A stretch of 64,000 nucleotides of DNA, from the NCBI GenBank assembly GCA_016182235.1, contig JACOXT010000003.1, positions 322,209-386,208 on the forward strand. The letters are read 5' to 3'. The notes below the pieces were generated by a model that saw only the letters and a program-made list of their open reading frames with translations, was not told the DNA's origin and did no database searches. Within the stretch, counting starts at the first letter, position 1. Each line of letters begins with the position of its first letter. The position numbers and the translations under genes are program-made. Origin of the DNA: Candidatus Levyibacteriota bacterium (GTDB taxonomy: Bacteria; Patescibacteriota; Microgenomatia; Levybacterales; UBA12049). Below are positions 47,889 to 57,247 of the stretch, piece after piece.

Positions 47889-49504
47889 TTATTGTTGTTT
47901 TGTTTGGTGTAGTTGCGGGACTCCCTCTTATTCACAAAGGTTTGCCGCCGACGCATGATGGCGAATATCATATTGTAAGATTTTTTTTGTTTAACGAAGC
48001 TTTTAATGATGGGAATATATATCCTCGTTGGGCGGCTCATTTAAATAACGGATTTGGAGTTCCTCTTTTTACTTTCGTATATCCCTTGCCAAATTATATC
48101 GCGGTTTTCTTTCACTCTTTTGGCATAAGCTTCATGGATTCGTTTAAACTTGAAATGTTTGTTGCAATTCTTTCTGGTGCGATATTTTTTTATTTATGGG
48201 CAAAAGAATTCTGGGGAAGATTGGGGGGAGTAGTTTCATCGGTATTCTATACATTTTCCCCATATCATTTTGTGGACATCTATATTCGAGGATCTGTTGG
48301 AGAGGTTTGGGCTCTTGCGTTTTTTCCTGCTTTTCTCTGGATTTATACAAAGTTTGTTGCAACAAGAAAAAAAAGATTTTCCATATTCTCCTCTATATTC
48401 CTTGCATTAATAATATTTTCTCATAATATTTTGGCTCTGATGTTTTTCTTTTTCGCATTATCTTATGCTAGCCTTTTAATTTATAAAGAGAAGAATAAAA
48501 AATACTTAATACTTAATACTTTATACTTAATACTTCTTGGTCTTGGGTTGTCTGCAATTTTTTGGCTTCCTGCGATTTATGAAGCTAAGTTCGTAACAGG
48601 ACTTCAAATCTTCGATGTTTCTGCTCATTTTCCGGATTTGTATCAATTGCTAATTCCTTCTTGGGGATCAGGCTTTAGCGGAGCTGGATTACAAAATCAA
48701 CTTTCGCCTCAAATTGGAATAGCAAATTTAATTGCAATATCTATAAGCTTAATTGTTATTTTTTTTCAAATAAAGAAAAAAGATAAAAAATATTTTCATA
48801 CTATATTTTTTATGGCATGGTTTATTTTTGTTTTATTTCTGATGCTTAGTATATCCTTCTTCGTGTGGCAGACAATTCCAGTTATGAAATATTTTCAATT
48901 TCCATGGAGACTGTTGAGTATTGAAGTACTTTTTGCGTCATTTCTGGCCGGAAGCATATTTTCTTTAGGTATTCATAAATGGATTAAAATATTTTCTGCC
49001 ATATTGTTGATTTCTTTAACATTTATTTTAGGAATTGGGTATGCAAAACCAGCCTATTATCATTATAGAGACGATGACTATTATATTAATCGTTCGAATT
49101 TCATTGATGGAACAAATAGTCCTGGCAATGTTTTTAATACAATATATCTTAATTCTATTCCAGAAAAAGAAGAAAAAAAAGTTGTTTTTACGAAAGGTAA
49201 AGGAGAAACTATTGCGATAGAAGAGAAAAGTAATTTTTATAGATTTAAAATAGATACACGTGAAAACTCAGAGATACTCATAAATATTGCTTATTTTCCT
49301 GGTTGGGAAGCAGATATCGATGGAAATAAAATACCTATAGAAATTGACGATGGACGAATTTCAGTATCCATTCCAGATGGTAAATATGAGCTTAATGTTA
49401 TATTTAAAGATACTTTTATACGTAAATTTGCAATATTTATTTCTACATTATGTTTTTTTATGACTTTGATTTTGTTTATAAAGAATAAGTTTGCTAGAAT
49501 ATAA
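47864..49504 (+). CDS. PTPS-related GT-C membrane protein
   Basis: THDGEYHIVR, GFGVPLFTFVYP, PYHFVDIYIRGSVGE, SHN, FQFPWRL, YFPGW. Confidence 0.82.
   Translation: MGKTLLSIIIVVLFGVVAGLPLIHKGLPPTHDGEYHIVRFFLFNEAFNDGNIYPRWAAHLNNGFGVPLFTFVYPLPNYIAVFFHSFGISFMDSFKLEMFVAILSGAIFFYLWAKEFWGRLGGVVSSVFYTFSPYHFVDIYIRGSVGEVWALAFFPAFLWIYTKFVATRKKRFSIFSSIFLALIIFSHNILALMFFFFALSYASLLIYKEKNKKYLILNTLYLILLGLGLSAIFWLPAIYEAKFVTGLQIFDVSAHFPDLYQLLIPSWGSGFSGAGLQNQLSPQIGIANLIAISISLIVIFFQIKKKDKKYFHTIFFMAWFIFVLFLMLSISFFVWQTIPVMKYFQFPWRLLSIEVLFASFLAGSIFSLGIHKWIKIFSAILLISLTFILGIGYAKPAYYHYRDDDYYINRSNFIDGTNSPGNVFNTIYLNSIPEKEEKKVVFTKGKGETIAIEEKSNFYRFKIDTRENSEILINIAYFPGWEADIDGNKIPIEIDDGRISVSIPDGKYELNVIFKDTFIRKFAIFISTLCFFMTLILFIKNKFARI
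48503..48537 (+). repeat. in-frame heptamer tract
   Basis: TACTTAA TACTTAA TACTTTA TACTTAA TACTTCT. Confidence 0.85.
49492..49500 (+). promoter_or_regulatory. extended -10 promoter of the GT4 gene
   Basis: TGC-TAGAAT, 6 nt before GTG 49507, inside the last codons of the upstream gene. Confidence 0.5.
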
Positions 49505-49506
49505 AA

Positions 49507-50601
49507 GTGAATATCGCTATAGACATATCTCCCCTTACCGGCAATCATTCCCTGCAACATAGGGTTAGAGGATCAGGATATTATTTGGAAAACCTAAAGA
49601 CATCTTTGTTGCAATATTACCCTCAACATAAATATACATTTTTTACTCGAGGACAAAAAATACCCAAAAATATAGATTTGGTTCATTATCCTTACTTTGA
49701 ACCATTTTTTTTAACCCTTCCTTTATTTTCAAAAGTTAGAACAATTGTTACTGTGCATGATTTGATCCCTTTCGTTTTTCCCAGACATTTCTCCGGTGGG
49801 TTAAAAGGAAATATTAAATGGCAAATTCAAAAAGTTTCACTCAAAAATACAAATGCAATCATTACCGATTCTGAATCTTCTAAACAAGACATTATTAGGT
49901 TCACCGGTATAAAAAATTCAAAGATTCACGTTATCTATCTTGCTCCAGGTGAAGGATTCACAAGATTTAAGGACACATCCAATAAGATAAGGATGAAAAC
50001 TCAACATTTTAGGAAAAAATATAAATTACCAGATAAGTTCGTTTTATATGTGGGAGATGTAACATGGAATAAGAATTTGCCAAGACTTATAGAATCAGTA
50101 AAAAAAGCTAATATCCCACTGGTAATGGCAGGAAAGGCACTTATTGAGAAAAATGTTGACTTGAGTAATCCGTGGAATAAGGATTTTGCTAAAGTTTTAG
50201 ATCTAATAGAAAGAGATAATAATATTATTCGTATGGGTTTTATATCAAGCGAAGAATTAGTCATGTTATATAATGTGGCCACTGTTTTTGCTATGCCGTC
50301 TTTGTATGAAGGTTTCGGTCTGCCGGTTTTAGAAGCAATGAGCTCTGGTTGTCCTGTTGTGACCGCAAGAACTGGATCGCTCCAGGAAATAGCAGGTGAA
50401 TCTGCTTTTTATGTAGATCCTTATGACATTGACAGTATCTCTGATGGACTCAAAAAAGTGTTTTTCGATCAGTCAGTGCAAAAAGAGCTTATTGAAAAGG
50501 GCCTAAAGCAAGTAAAAAAGTTTACTTGGGAAAAAACTGTCCGAGAAACAATCAATGTTTATAGGTATGTTTCGGGCTTTGCAAAGGCTTATAATTTCTA
50601 A
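49507..50601 (+). CDS. GT4 glycosyltransferase (MtfB/WbpY-like mannosyltransferase group)
   Basis: VTVHDLIP, IITDSESSK.D, KNL..LI, PSLYEGFGLPVLEAMSSGCPV, FTWEKT. Confidence 0.9.
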   Translation: MNIAIDISPLTGNHSLQHRVRGSGYYLENLKTSLLQYYPQHKYTFFTRGQKIPKNIDLVHYPYFEPFFLTLPLFSKVRTIVTVHDLIPFVFPRHFSGGLKGNIKWQIQKVSLKNTNAIITDSESSKQDIIRFTGIKNSKIHVIYLAPGEGFTRFKDTSNKIRMKTQHFRKKYKLPDKFVLYVGDVTWNKNLPRLIESVKKANIPLVMAGKALIEKNVDLSNPWNKDFAKVLDLIERDNNIIRMGFISSEELVMLYNVATVFAMPSLYEGFGLPVLEAMSSGCPVVTARTGSLQEIAGESAFYVDPYDIDSISDGLKKVFFDQSVQKELIEKGLKQVKKFTWEKTVRETINVYRYVSGFAKAYNF

Positions 50602-50605
50602 TACA

Positions 50606-51172
50606 ATGAAAGTCATGGATTTTATAACTCTTAAAAATAAAAATAAACTAGTAAATGATGTAACTCTCTATCCTTTGAAAATTAATAAAGATTCGTCAGG
50701 CGTACTAGTTGAAACTCTTAGGTCTGATTGGGAAGGAATTTATGGGCCAAATCGAGAGTTTGCCATGCAATATTATTCCATAACGGATTCTGGGGTTGCT
50801 AGGGATGAAAACGTCTGGCATTATCATCCTAGAATTCAGGAAGACAGATTTTTAGTTGTCCAAGGTTCTATCGTGGCAGCTATAGTAGATAATCGTAAGG
50901 AGTCTAATACTTATGGAATGTTGAATCTTTTTTATATGGAGGCGGATCACAACCCTTATATTTTGTTGATTCCGAAAAAGACTTTACATGGATTTTTGGT
51001 GGTCTCAAAAATGCCTGCAATACTTTTGAATTTTCCAACTAATCTTTATAATCCTCAAGAAGAAGGGCGCATTTCATTTAGTGAGGCTCAAATAAAGTTG
51101 GATGGTAGAGAATTATTTTCATGGGATAAGGTAAGGAAGGAATTTTCAAATTTATATCCTCGAAGAATATAA
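50606..51172 (+). CDS. RmlC-like (dTDP-4-dehydrorhamnose 3,5-epimerase family) cupin
   Basis: D.SG.LVE.LR, YYSIT..GVAR, WHYH..QEDRF, IVDNR..S.TYG, LHGF. ATG 50606 chosen. Confidence 0.78.
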   Translation: MKVMDFITLKNKNKLVNDVTLYPLKINKDSSGVLVETLRSDWEGIYGPNREFAMQYYSITDSGVARDENVWHYHPRIQEDRFLVVQGSIVAAIVDNRKESNTYGMLNLFYMEADHNPYILLIPKKTLHGFLVVSKMPAILLNFPTNLYNPQEEGRISFSEAQIKLDGRELFSWDKVRKEFSNLYPRRI

Positions 51173-51234
51173 GTAGCTAGAATTTTTATGAGTCCCTGAA
51201 TGCTTTACTTGGAGCAAGTATCAATAAGGTTAGT

Positions 51235-52503
51235 ATGTTTATGAAAAAATTGATGCATAAAGTAGTAAAAAACCCTTTTGTATCAGGAAGTATAATTGTT
51301 TTTCTTGGAACATTTGTAGGCAATATTTTTAATTTTTTATTTAATTTCTTTATGACAAGGAATCTGTCAGTTTCTGACTATGGAATTCTAGCCAGCCTTG
51401 TTTCTATTATTCTTCTTTTTGCTCTTGCATCTGACTCTATTATTCCCACCGTTATACATTTTTCAGGTCAATATTTTGCTCGAAATGAGATAAAAAAAGT
51501 ATCTGCATTCTTTTGGAAATTAAACAAATTGTTTATTATTTTTGGCATCGTAACTTTAGGAATATTTATAATTTTTGGTAGCAATGTAAGTCATTTTTTT
51601 AAAATTGAAAATAATTTTTTGATATTTCTTGTTGGGGTAATTATATCTGTCATTTCTCTTAGCTCTTTAAATAAAGGAATTCTTGCAGGTAGACTTTCTT
51701 TTGGATATATTTCTTTTTTTAATTTTTTTTCTTCTATTTTAAAGTTTTTCGCTGGGATGCTTTTTGTATTTTTAGGCTTAGGAGTAAATGGTGGAATATT
51801 GGCATTTCTTATAGCACATTTATTTGCTTATTTGTTTACTTTTTTTCCTTTGAAATCTATTCTTCGAGGTAAGAGGGAAAATGTAATAGGAATTAAAGAA
51901 ATTTTTAAGTATGCTGCGCCATCTGGAATTGCAATGCTAGGATTGACATTGTTTATTACCACAGACATAATTCTTGTCAAACATTTTTTTTCTGGACAAG
52001 AAGCAGGAGTATATGCAGGCATGTCCCTCTTAGGAAGAATTATTTATTTCTTCTCCGCCCCCATCGCTACTGTATTATTTCCATTGGTTGTACAGCTTCA
52101 TACACGACGTGAACGACATAGTCATTTTTTTTATCTGTCTATTGTTTTGGTATTAATCTCTTCAATAGGTATAACTATTTTTTATTATTTTTTCCCAGAA
52201 TTTAGTATAAAATTTCTCTTAAAACAAGAAGAATATTTGGTTATAAAACCCACACTTTGGATATTTGGCATATTTATGATTATTTATTCAGTTTTATCAA
52301 TAGTGACCAATTACTATTTATCAATAAAAAAAACAAAAGTTTTTATTCCGGTTTTGTTTGGAGCAATTTGCCAAGCGATATTAGTATATTTATACCATGA
52401 TACATTTCAAATTGTAGTTATAATTTCCATTATAACTACAACTATTCCATTAATAATTCTTTTATTTTATTATTGGAGAATCCGCAATGATGTTATCTCG
52501 TAG
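51235..52503 (+). CDS. Wzx/MOP-family oligosaccharide flippase
   Basis: About 12 TM segments; R.LS..DYG, DIILVKHFF...EAGVY, LFP motifs. Confidence 0.85.
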   Translation: MFMKKLMHKVVKNPFVSGSIIVFLGTFVGNIFNFLFNFFMTRNLSVSDYGILASLVSIILLFALASDSIIPTVIHFSGQYFARNEIKKVSAFFWKLNKLFIIFGIVTLGIFIIFGSNVSHFFKIENNFLIFLVGVIISVISLSSLNKGILAGRLSFGYISFFNFFSSILKFFAGMLFVFLGLGVNGGILAFLIAHLFAYLFTFFPLKSILRGKRENVIGIKEIFKYAAPSGIAMLGLTLFITTDIILVKHFFSGQEAGVYAGMSLLGRIIYFFSAPIATVLFPLVVQLHTRRERHSHFFYLSIVLVLISSIGITIFYYFFPEFSIKFLLKQEEYLVIKPTLWIFGIFMIIYSVLSIVTNYYLSIKKTKVFIPVLFGAICQAILVYLYHDTFQIVVIISIITTTIPLIILLFYYWRIRNDVIS

Positions 52504-53296
52504 AAGAAAGACTTTTATTTCTGTTATAGTTCCCTCGTTCAGAAAGGAGAATATTATTGAAGAGAGTCTTGTCCATGTTAAAATTGCCTTGGATCAAATA
52601 AAGTATGATTACGAGATTATTGTTGTTGTCGACGGTAAGATTGACAAAACTTTCGAAAATGCGAAAAAAGTTAAATCATCAAAGATAAAAGTTGTTGGGT
52701 ACGAACATAATCATGGCAAAGGTTACGCAATAAGATATGGAATGGCAAGATCAAAGGGAAATATTGTCTGTTTTATTGATTCAGGTCTAGATCTTAATTC
52801 GAAAGGGTTGGCAATACTAATTGAATATTTAGAATTACATGATGCAGATATTGTTGTTGGTAGCAAAAGACATGCCGATTCAGTCGTAATTTATCCTTGG
52901 AACAGAAGAATTATAAGTTTTTTATCGCAAGTATTTATCAGATTTCTATTTGGTCTTAACGTTGGCGATACACAGGTTGGTATGAAGGTATTTAAGAGGA
53001 ATGTTGTTGAAGACGTTATGCCACGACTACTTGTAAAAAAATTTGCATTTGATATAGAGGTTTTAGTTGTGGCGTATAGTTTGGGGTATACAAAAATTAT
53101 TGAAGCTCCTATTGAACTTAATTACGATTTCAGAGGAAGTTTATTAACAAAAAACATTTTTAACGAATTAATTCGTACTCTGTGGGATACAATTGCTATT
53201 TTTTATCGCTTGAAAATTCTTGGTTACTATACGGACAGAAATAAGAGAAAATGGAAATATGACCCAGAGTTGGAATTCAAAGTAAATATAGGATAG
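52487..53296 (+). CDS. GT2 polyprenol-phosphate glycosyltransferase (DPG/DPM-like)
   Basis: VVVDGKID.T, NHGKGYAIRYG, FIDSGLDL, VVGSKRH, DTQVGMKVF, FAFDIEVL. Confidence 0.87.
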   Translation: MMLSRRRKTFISVIVPSFRKENIIEESLVHVKIALDQIKYDYEIIVVVDGKIDKTFENAKKVKSSKIKVVGYEHNHGKGYAIRYGMARSKGNIVCFIDSGLDLNSKGLAILIEYLELHDADIVVGSKRHADSVVIYPWNRRIISFLSQVFIRFLFGLNVGDTQVGMKVFKRNVVEDVMPRLLVKKFAFDIEVLVVAYSLGYTKIIEAPIELNYDFRGSLLTKNIFNELIRTLWDTIAIFYRLKILGYYTDRNKRKWKYDPELEFKVNIG

Positions 53297-53301
53297 AAAA
53301 T

Positions 53302-54414
53302 ATGAAGATATTAATTTTTAATTGGAGAGATATTAAGAACCCTTCATCGGGAGGAGCAGAGATTCTTACTCATGAGATGGCAAAGCGATGGGTGAGGCTT
53401 GGGCATTCTGTTACTCAATTTTCTTCAAAATTCCCAAATTGTTTGTCGGAAGAGTTTGTAGATAATGTACTCTACATAAGAAAAGGTTATCCAGACGCAA
53501 GACACATTTTTAGATCAGTTCATTTCCAGGGATTTTTGTACTATATGATAAACTTTCGGGAAAAATTTGATGTTGTAGTTGATGAAATTCATGGACTCCC
53601 TTTTTTTACACCCTGGTATGTAAGAGAAAAAAAAGTGGCTTTAATATGTGAGGTGGCAGATGAATTGTGGGGTAAGCTGTATGGATCTTTCTTTGGAGCA
53701 ATAGGAAGAATTATAGAAGTTTTTTATTTGCGCATAGTTTATAGAAACATCCAATATTTAACAATTTCAGAATCTTCAAAAAAAGATTTGATTAGAAATG
53801 GAGTTCCAGGGAAAATGATCAAGGTATTGCCAATGGGAGTTACAGTTCCATCCGAAATTATAATGAGGGCAAAAGAAAGAAATCCAACACTCTTATATGT
53901 TGGTCGTTTGTCAAAATCTAAGGGGATAGAAGATGCAATTTTCGCAACAGAAATTCTTGTAAAAGAGTTGAAGCGAATTAAACTTTTTATTGTCGGAAGA
54001 GGCGATAGGGATTACACAATATATCTTAAAAATTTGGTAAGAAGTTTAGGCTTGAATCAAAATATACACTTCTTCGGGTTTGTGAACGAAAAAATTAAGT
54101 TTGAGCTAATGGCAAGATGTCACGTTCTTCTGGTGCCTTCCTCAAAAGAAGGATTTGGACTAATAGTTCCTGAAGCAGGATTTGTTGGAACACCGGCAAT
54201 TGCGTACAAGTCAAAAGGATTATCCGAAGTCGTAAAAAATAAAAAAAACGGCATTATTCTTGAAAAAAACAACCCTTTAGAGCTTGGAAAAAATATAAAA
54301 ATGCTTCTTTTAGATAAAAATCTTTACTCTAATCTTCAAAAAGGTGCTTATGAAGAAAGTAAAAAATATAATTGGGACAATACGGCTAGAGCCGCCTTGG
54401 AGATTTTAAAGTAG
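53302..54414 (+). CDS. GT4 glycosyltransferase
   Basis: NWRDIKNP.SGGAE, TISESSKKDL, YVGRL..SKG, PSSKEGFGL...EA. Confidence 0.88.
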   Translation: MKILIFNWRDIKNPSSGGAEILTHEMAKRWVRLGHSVTQFSSKFPNCLSEEFVDNVLYIRKGYPDARHIFRSVHFQGFLYYMINFREKFDVVVDEIHGLPFFTPWYVREKKVALICEVADELWGKLYGSFFGAIGRIIEVFYLRIVYRNIQYLTISESSKKDLIRNGVPGKMIKVLPMGVTVPSEIIMRAKERNPTLLYVGRLSKSKGIEDAIFATEILVKELKRIKLFIVGRGDRDYTIYLKNLVRSLGLNQNIHFFGFVNEKIKFELMARCHVLLVPSSKEGFGLIVPEAGFVGTPAIAYKSKGLSEVVKNKKNGIILEKNNPLELGKNIKMLLLDKNLYSNLQKGAYEESKKYNWDNTARAALEILK

Positions 54415-55648
54415 GTGGAACTCTAGATAAGAGATTTTCGATATCTTGTTTCATGTTGAAATAGTTAAATCTTTTTTTATAGTCCTTTTTAGCATTTTTT
54501 CCAAGATTACGTGCAAATGATCTATTGTTTAGCAATCGTTTTATCGCATACGCCATTTGTTTTGGATTAGCCATTGGCACAAGAAGACCACTATGTTCAT
54601 TCTTAATATCTTCTCTTATCCCATCACATTCGGTTGAGACAATAGGCACCCCCAGCGACATGACCTCATTTATGATAAGTGCCCCAGCGCCTTCCTCAAT
54701 AGTAGGGAAACAGAAAATTTCTGCTTTCTTTAAAAGCAGTTTTGAATTATTCACAAACCCCAAAAATTTAATATGTTTATGTATGCCCAGCTTGTTTGCC
54801 AGTTTTTTATTTGAGTTAAGCATCTGTCCAGTTCCTGCAATGACTAGGGGAATTGTAACACCCTGCTCTACTAGAATTTTCATTGTATGCAGTAAGAAGT
54901 TTATTCCTTTTCGCGGATCGTGTCGAGAAAGATAGAGTATATATTTTTTAGGGATATCTTTATTGTTAACGATTTTTCCTTCTTTTGCTTGACGGGAGTA
55001 TACCTGAGTAAGAAATGTTGTTCTGAAAAATTTAGATTGACCAATAGAGAATTGTTTTTTTAAAATTTCCTCTGTTGACCTGTAATTAGTTACGATTATA
55101 TCTGCCCTTTTAATAATCCTTTCCTCAAAGAGGGTTAGGAACTGAACGATAGTATAATAAATTAATAAAAATTTTATTTTTTTTAAAATACCATAATCGG
55201 AGATTCTTAACGCTTTTATGCTTCCACCCCATTCATGTTTTATAGTAGTAAAATAATTGTTGATTAAAATAACTTTTTCGTTGAATTCTCTTTTTAAGTA
55301 TACGCCTGATAGTCCCCAAGGGCCTATTCCCCAAATTATAAATTTAGCAAAATGTTTTTCTTGAGCTTCTCTTTTGATGCCATTGGCAAAAATGAATGAG
55401 GAGAAAGGAAGGCTCGGAAGCGCTGTAGTATAATAATCAAAAAATAAAATCTTGAAAATCAAGAGGGTGCAGAAATCAAGTTCCACTTTTTCATTTTTTT
55501 CTCCAATGGCAACAATAAAAACTTTATGCCCAAGGTTATTTAATATTCTTGCCAAATTTATTGCAAAAGTTGAATATCCACCTCCGTATGATTTTATAGG
55601 AGATTTTCCGCAAACTATAAATACGGGGAGTTTTACATCTTCTTTCAT
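54386..55648 (-). CDS. GT4 glycosyltransferase, opposite strand
   Basis: GGGY, YLSRHDPRKG, FLGFV, PTIEEGAG.L...EVMSLGVPIVST..DG..E. ATG 55648 (alternative TTG 55657). Confidence 0.85.
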   Translation of the reverse strand: MKEDVKLPVFIVCGKSPIKSYGGGYSTFAINLARILNNLGHKVFIVAIGEKNEKVELDFCTLLIFKILFFDYYTTALPSLPFSSFIFANGIKREAQEKHFAKFIIWGIGPWGLSGVYLKREFNEKVILINNYFTTIKHEWGGSIKALRISDYGILKKIKFLLIYYTIVQFLTLFEERIIKRADIIVTNYRSTEEILKKQFSIGQSKFFRTTFLTQVYSRQAKEGKIVNNKDIPKKYILYLSRHDPRKGINFLLHTMKILVEQGVTIPLVIAGTGQMLNSNKKLANKLGIHKHIKFLGFVNNSKLLLKKAEIFCFPTIEEGAGALIINEVMSLGVPIVSTECDGIREDIKNEHSGLLVPMANPKQMAYAIKRLLNNRSFARNLGKNAKKDYKKRFNYFNMKQDIENLLSRVPPTLKSPRRL

Positions 55649-55692
55649 TAATTGCAATGAATATTTAGCATATTATCATAGTCCAGATCTAA

Positions 55693-55721
55693 TTGACAAT
55701 ATTTTTTCTTTTGGATAGAAT
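55693..55721 (+). promoter_or_regulatory. near-consensus sigma70 promoter of the aminotransferase operon
   Basis: TTGACA (55693-98), 17 nt, TAGAAT (55716-21); ATG 11 nt later. Confidence 0.78.
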
Positions 55722-55732
55722 GAATTTTGTTT

Positions 55733-56851
55733 ATGCTTATCCCCACAAGCGAACCAGTTCTTAAAGGCAATGAAAAGAAATATGTTCTAGAATGTTTTAA
55801 ATCCAATTGGATTTCAGCAAACGGCCCATTCACCAAAAAGCTAGAGAAAAAATTTGCAAAGTTTATTGGCACAAAATATGCAGTATGTTGTAGCAATGGA
55901 ACCTCAGCGATCCATTTGGCCCTTATTGCGTTAGGGATAGGTAAGGGGGATGAAGTTATAATTCCAGACTTTACAATTATTTGTTCGGCAAGCATGACAA
56001 TTCTAGCGGGAGCAAAGCCCGTTTTAGTAGACGTTGACAAATATTGGTGTATCGATCCCGATAAAATAGAAGAAAAAATTACCCCGCGTACGAAAGCAAT
56101 TATGGTTGTTCATATGTACGGTAATCCTGCAAATATGAAAAAAATTATGAAAATTGCAAGAAAACACAAGCTTTTTGTTATAGAAGATGCATGTGCGGCA
56201 CACGGCGCAGAAGTTGATGGTCAGAAGATAGGTTCTATTGGGGATATTGGGTGTTTTAGTTTTTATGCAAGTAAGAATATCACGTCTGGAGAAGGGGGAA
56301 TGGTAGTAACAAATAAGAAAGAAATTGCCGATAAAGTTAATCTTTTAAAAAGCCATGGTTTTGAGAGGCCTCGATTTATTCATAGGATTATTGGGTTTAA
56401 TTATAGAATGACAGATATACAATCCGCAATCGCATTAGCGCAATTAGAGAATATTCGTCATAAAATTTCAAAAAGAAGAGAGATAGCTTCTTATTATATA
56501 AGGCTATTGAAAAATAGGTCAGAGGTTGAAATACATCAAGAACCGCCTTGGGGAAAAAGTGTTTTTTGGATGTTTGGCGTTATTATTAAAGATTCCTTTG
56601 GAAGGACTCGAGACGAAATAATTGAGCTTTTGTGGAAAAAAGGAATAGGGACAGAAAGATTTTTTCTTCCAATGAGCGAACAGCCAATCTTTAGGAATGA
56701 GAGAGATCCAAGATACCCAGACATAAAAGGATCCTTTCCCGTATCAGACGCACTAGGAAAACAGGGCCTATATATACCTTCGGGATTAAATTTAACAAAA
56801 AAAGAGCAAAAATACATTGCTGATACATTAATGTCTCTTATAAAGAAATAA
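55733..56851 (+). CDS. DegT/DnrJ/EryC1/StrS sugar aminotransferase (perosamine-synthase-like)
   Basis: WISANG, SNGTSAIHLAL, VHMYG, IEDACAAHG, FSFYASKNITSGEGG (PLP lysine), GFNYRMTD. Confidence 0.92.
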   Translation: MLIPTSEPVLKGNEKKYVLECFKSNWISANGPFTKKLEKKFAKFIGTKYAVCCSNGTSAIHLALIALGIGKGDEVIIPDFTIICSASMTILAGAKPVLVDVDKYWCIDPDKIEEKITPRTKAIMVVHMYGNPANMKKIMKIARKHKLFVIEDACAAHGAEVDGQKIGSIGDIGCFSFYASKNITSGEGGMVVTNKKEIADKVNLLKSHGFERPRFIHRIIGFNYRMTDIQSAIALAQLENIRHKISKRREIASYYIRLLKNRSEVEIHQEPPWGKSVFWMFGVIIKDSFGRTRDEIIELLWKKGIGTERFFLPMSEQPIFRNERDPRYPDIKGSFPVSDALGKQGLYIPSGLNLTKKEQKYIADTLMSLIKK

Positions 56852-57232
56852 ATGAGGCTTCAAAAAATAAATCCAGTATTCGTAAGAGAAGACCATCGAG
56901 GACTTTTTGTAGAAGCATCTAACGGAAGATCCTGGAAAACAATTACTTTTGGAAAAATGAAGAAGGGAGCTGTTATGGGTAACCATTATCATAAAAAAAC
57001 AAATGCGCTATTTTTTATTATTAAAGGCAAAGTAAAAATAGACAATATAGATGTAAAGAGTAGACAGACTCAAGCTTTATCTTTGCGAGATAATGAAGGA
57101 ATAATATTTCCTCCATTTGTTTCACATGCCATACATTTTCAAGAAAGTTCTTTTTTTATGTTATGTAAATCTAAGAAATATAATCCAAAAGACACAGACA
57201 CTTTTGATTATGTTGTTTCAGGTAAAAAATAA
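56852..57232 (+). CDS. FdtA/QdtA/WxcM-like cupin (sugar 3,4-ketoisomerase family)
   Basis: DHRG.F, G.VMGNHYHK, PFVSH, Y....D motifs. Confidence 0.7.
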   Translation: MRLQKINPVFVREDHRGLFVEASNGRSWKTITFGKMKKGAVMGNHYHKKTNALFFIIKGKVKIDNIDVKSRQTQALSLRDNEGIIFPPFVSHAIHFQESSFFMLCKSKKYNPKDTDTFDYVVSGKK

Positions 57233-57247
57233 TCTCTATCCTATAAT

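Noticed and set aside
54525..56040. ORFs 54525-54935 (+) and 55648-56040 (-)
   Set aside because: They lie opposite the GT4 and aminotransferase genes and read as antisense translations.
57242..57247. TATAAT before the methyltransferase as a promoter
   Set aside because: It directly abuts the ATG, so transcription would start inside the ORF; no convincing -35.
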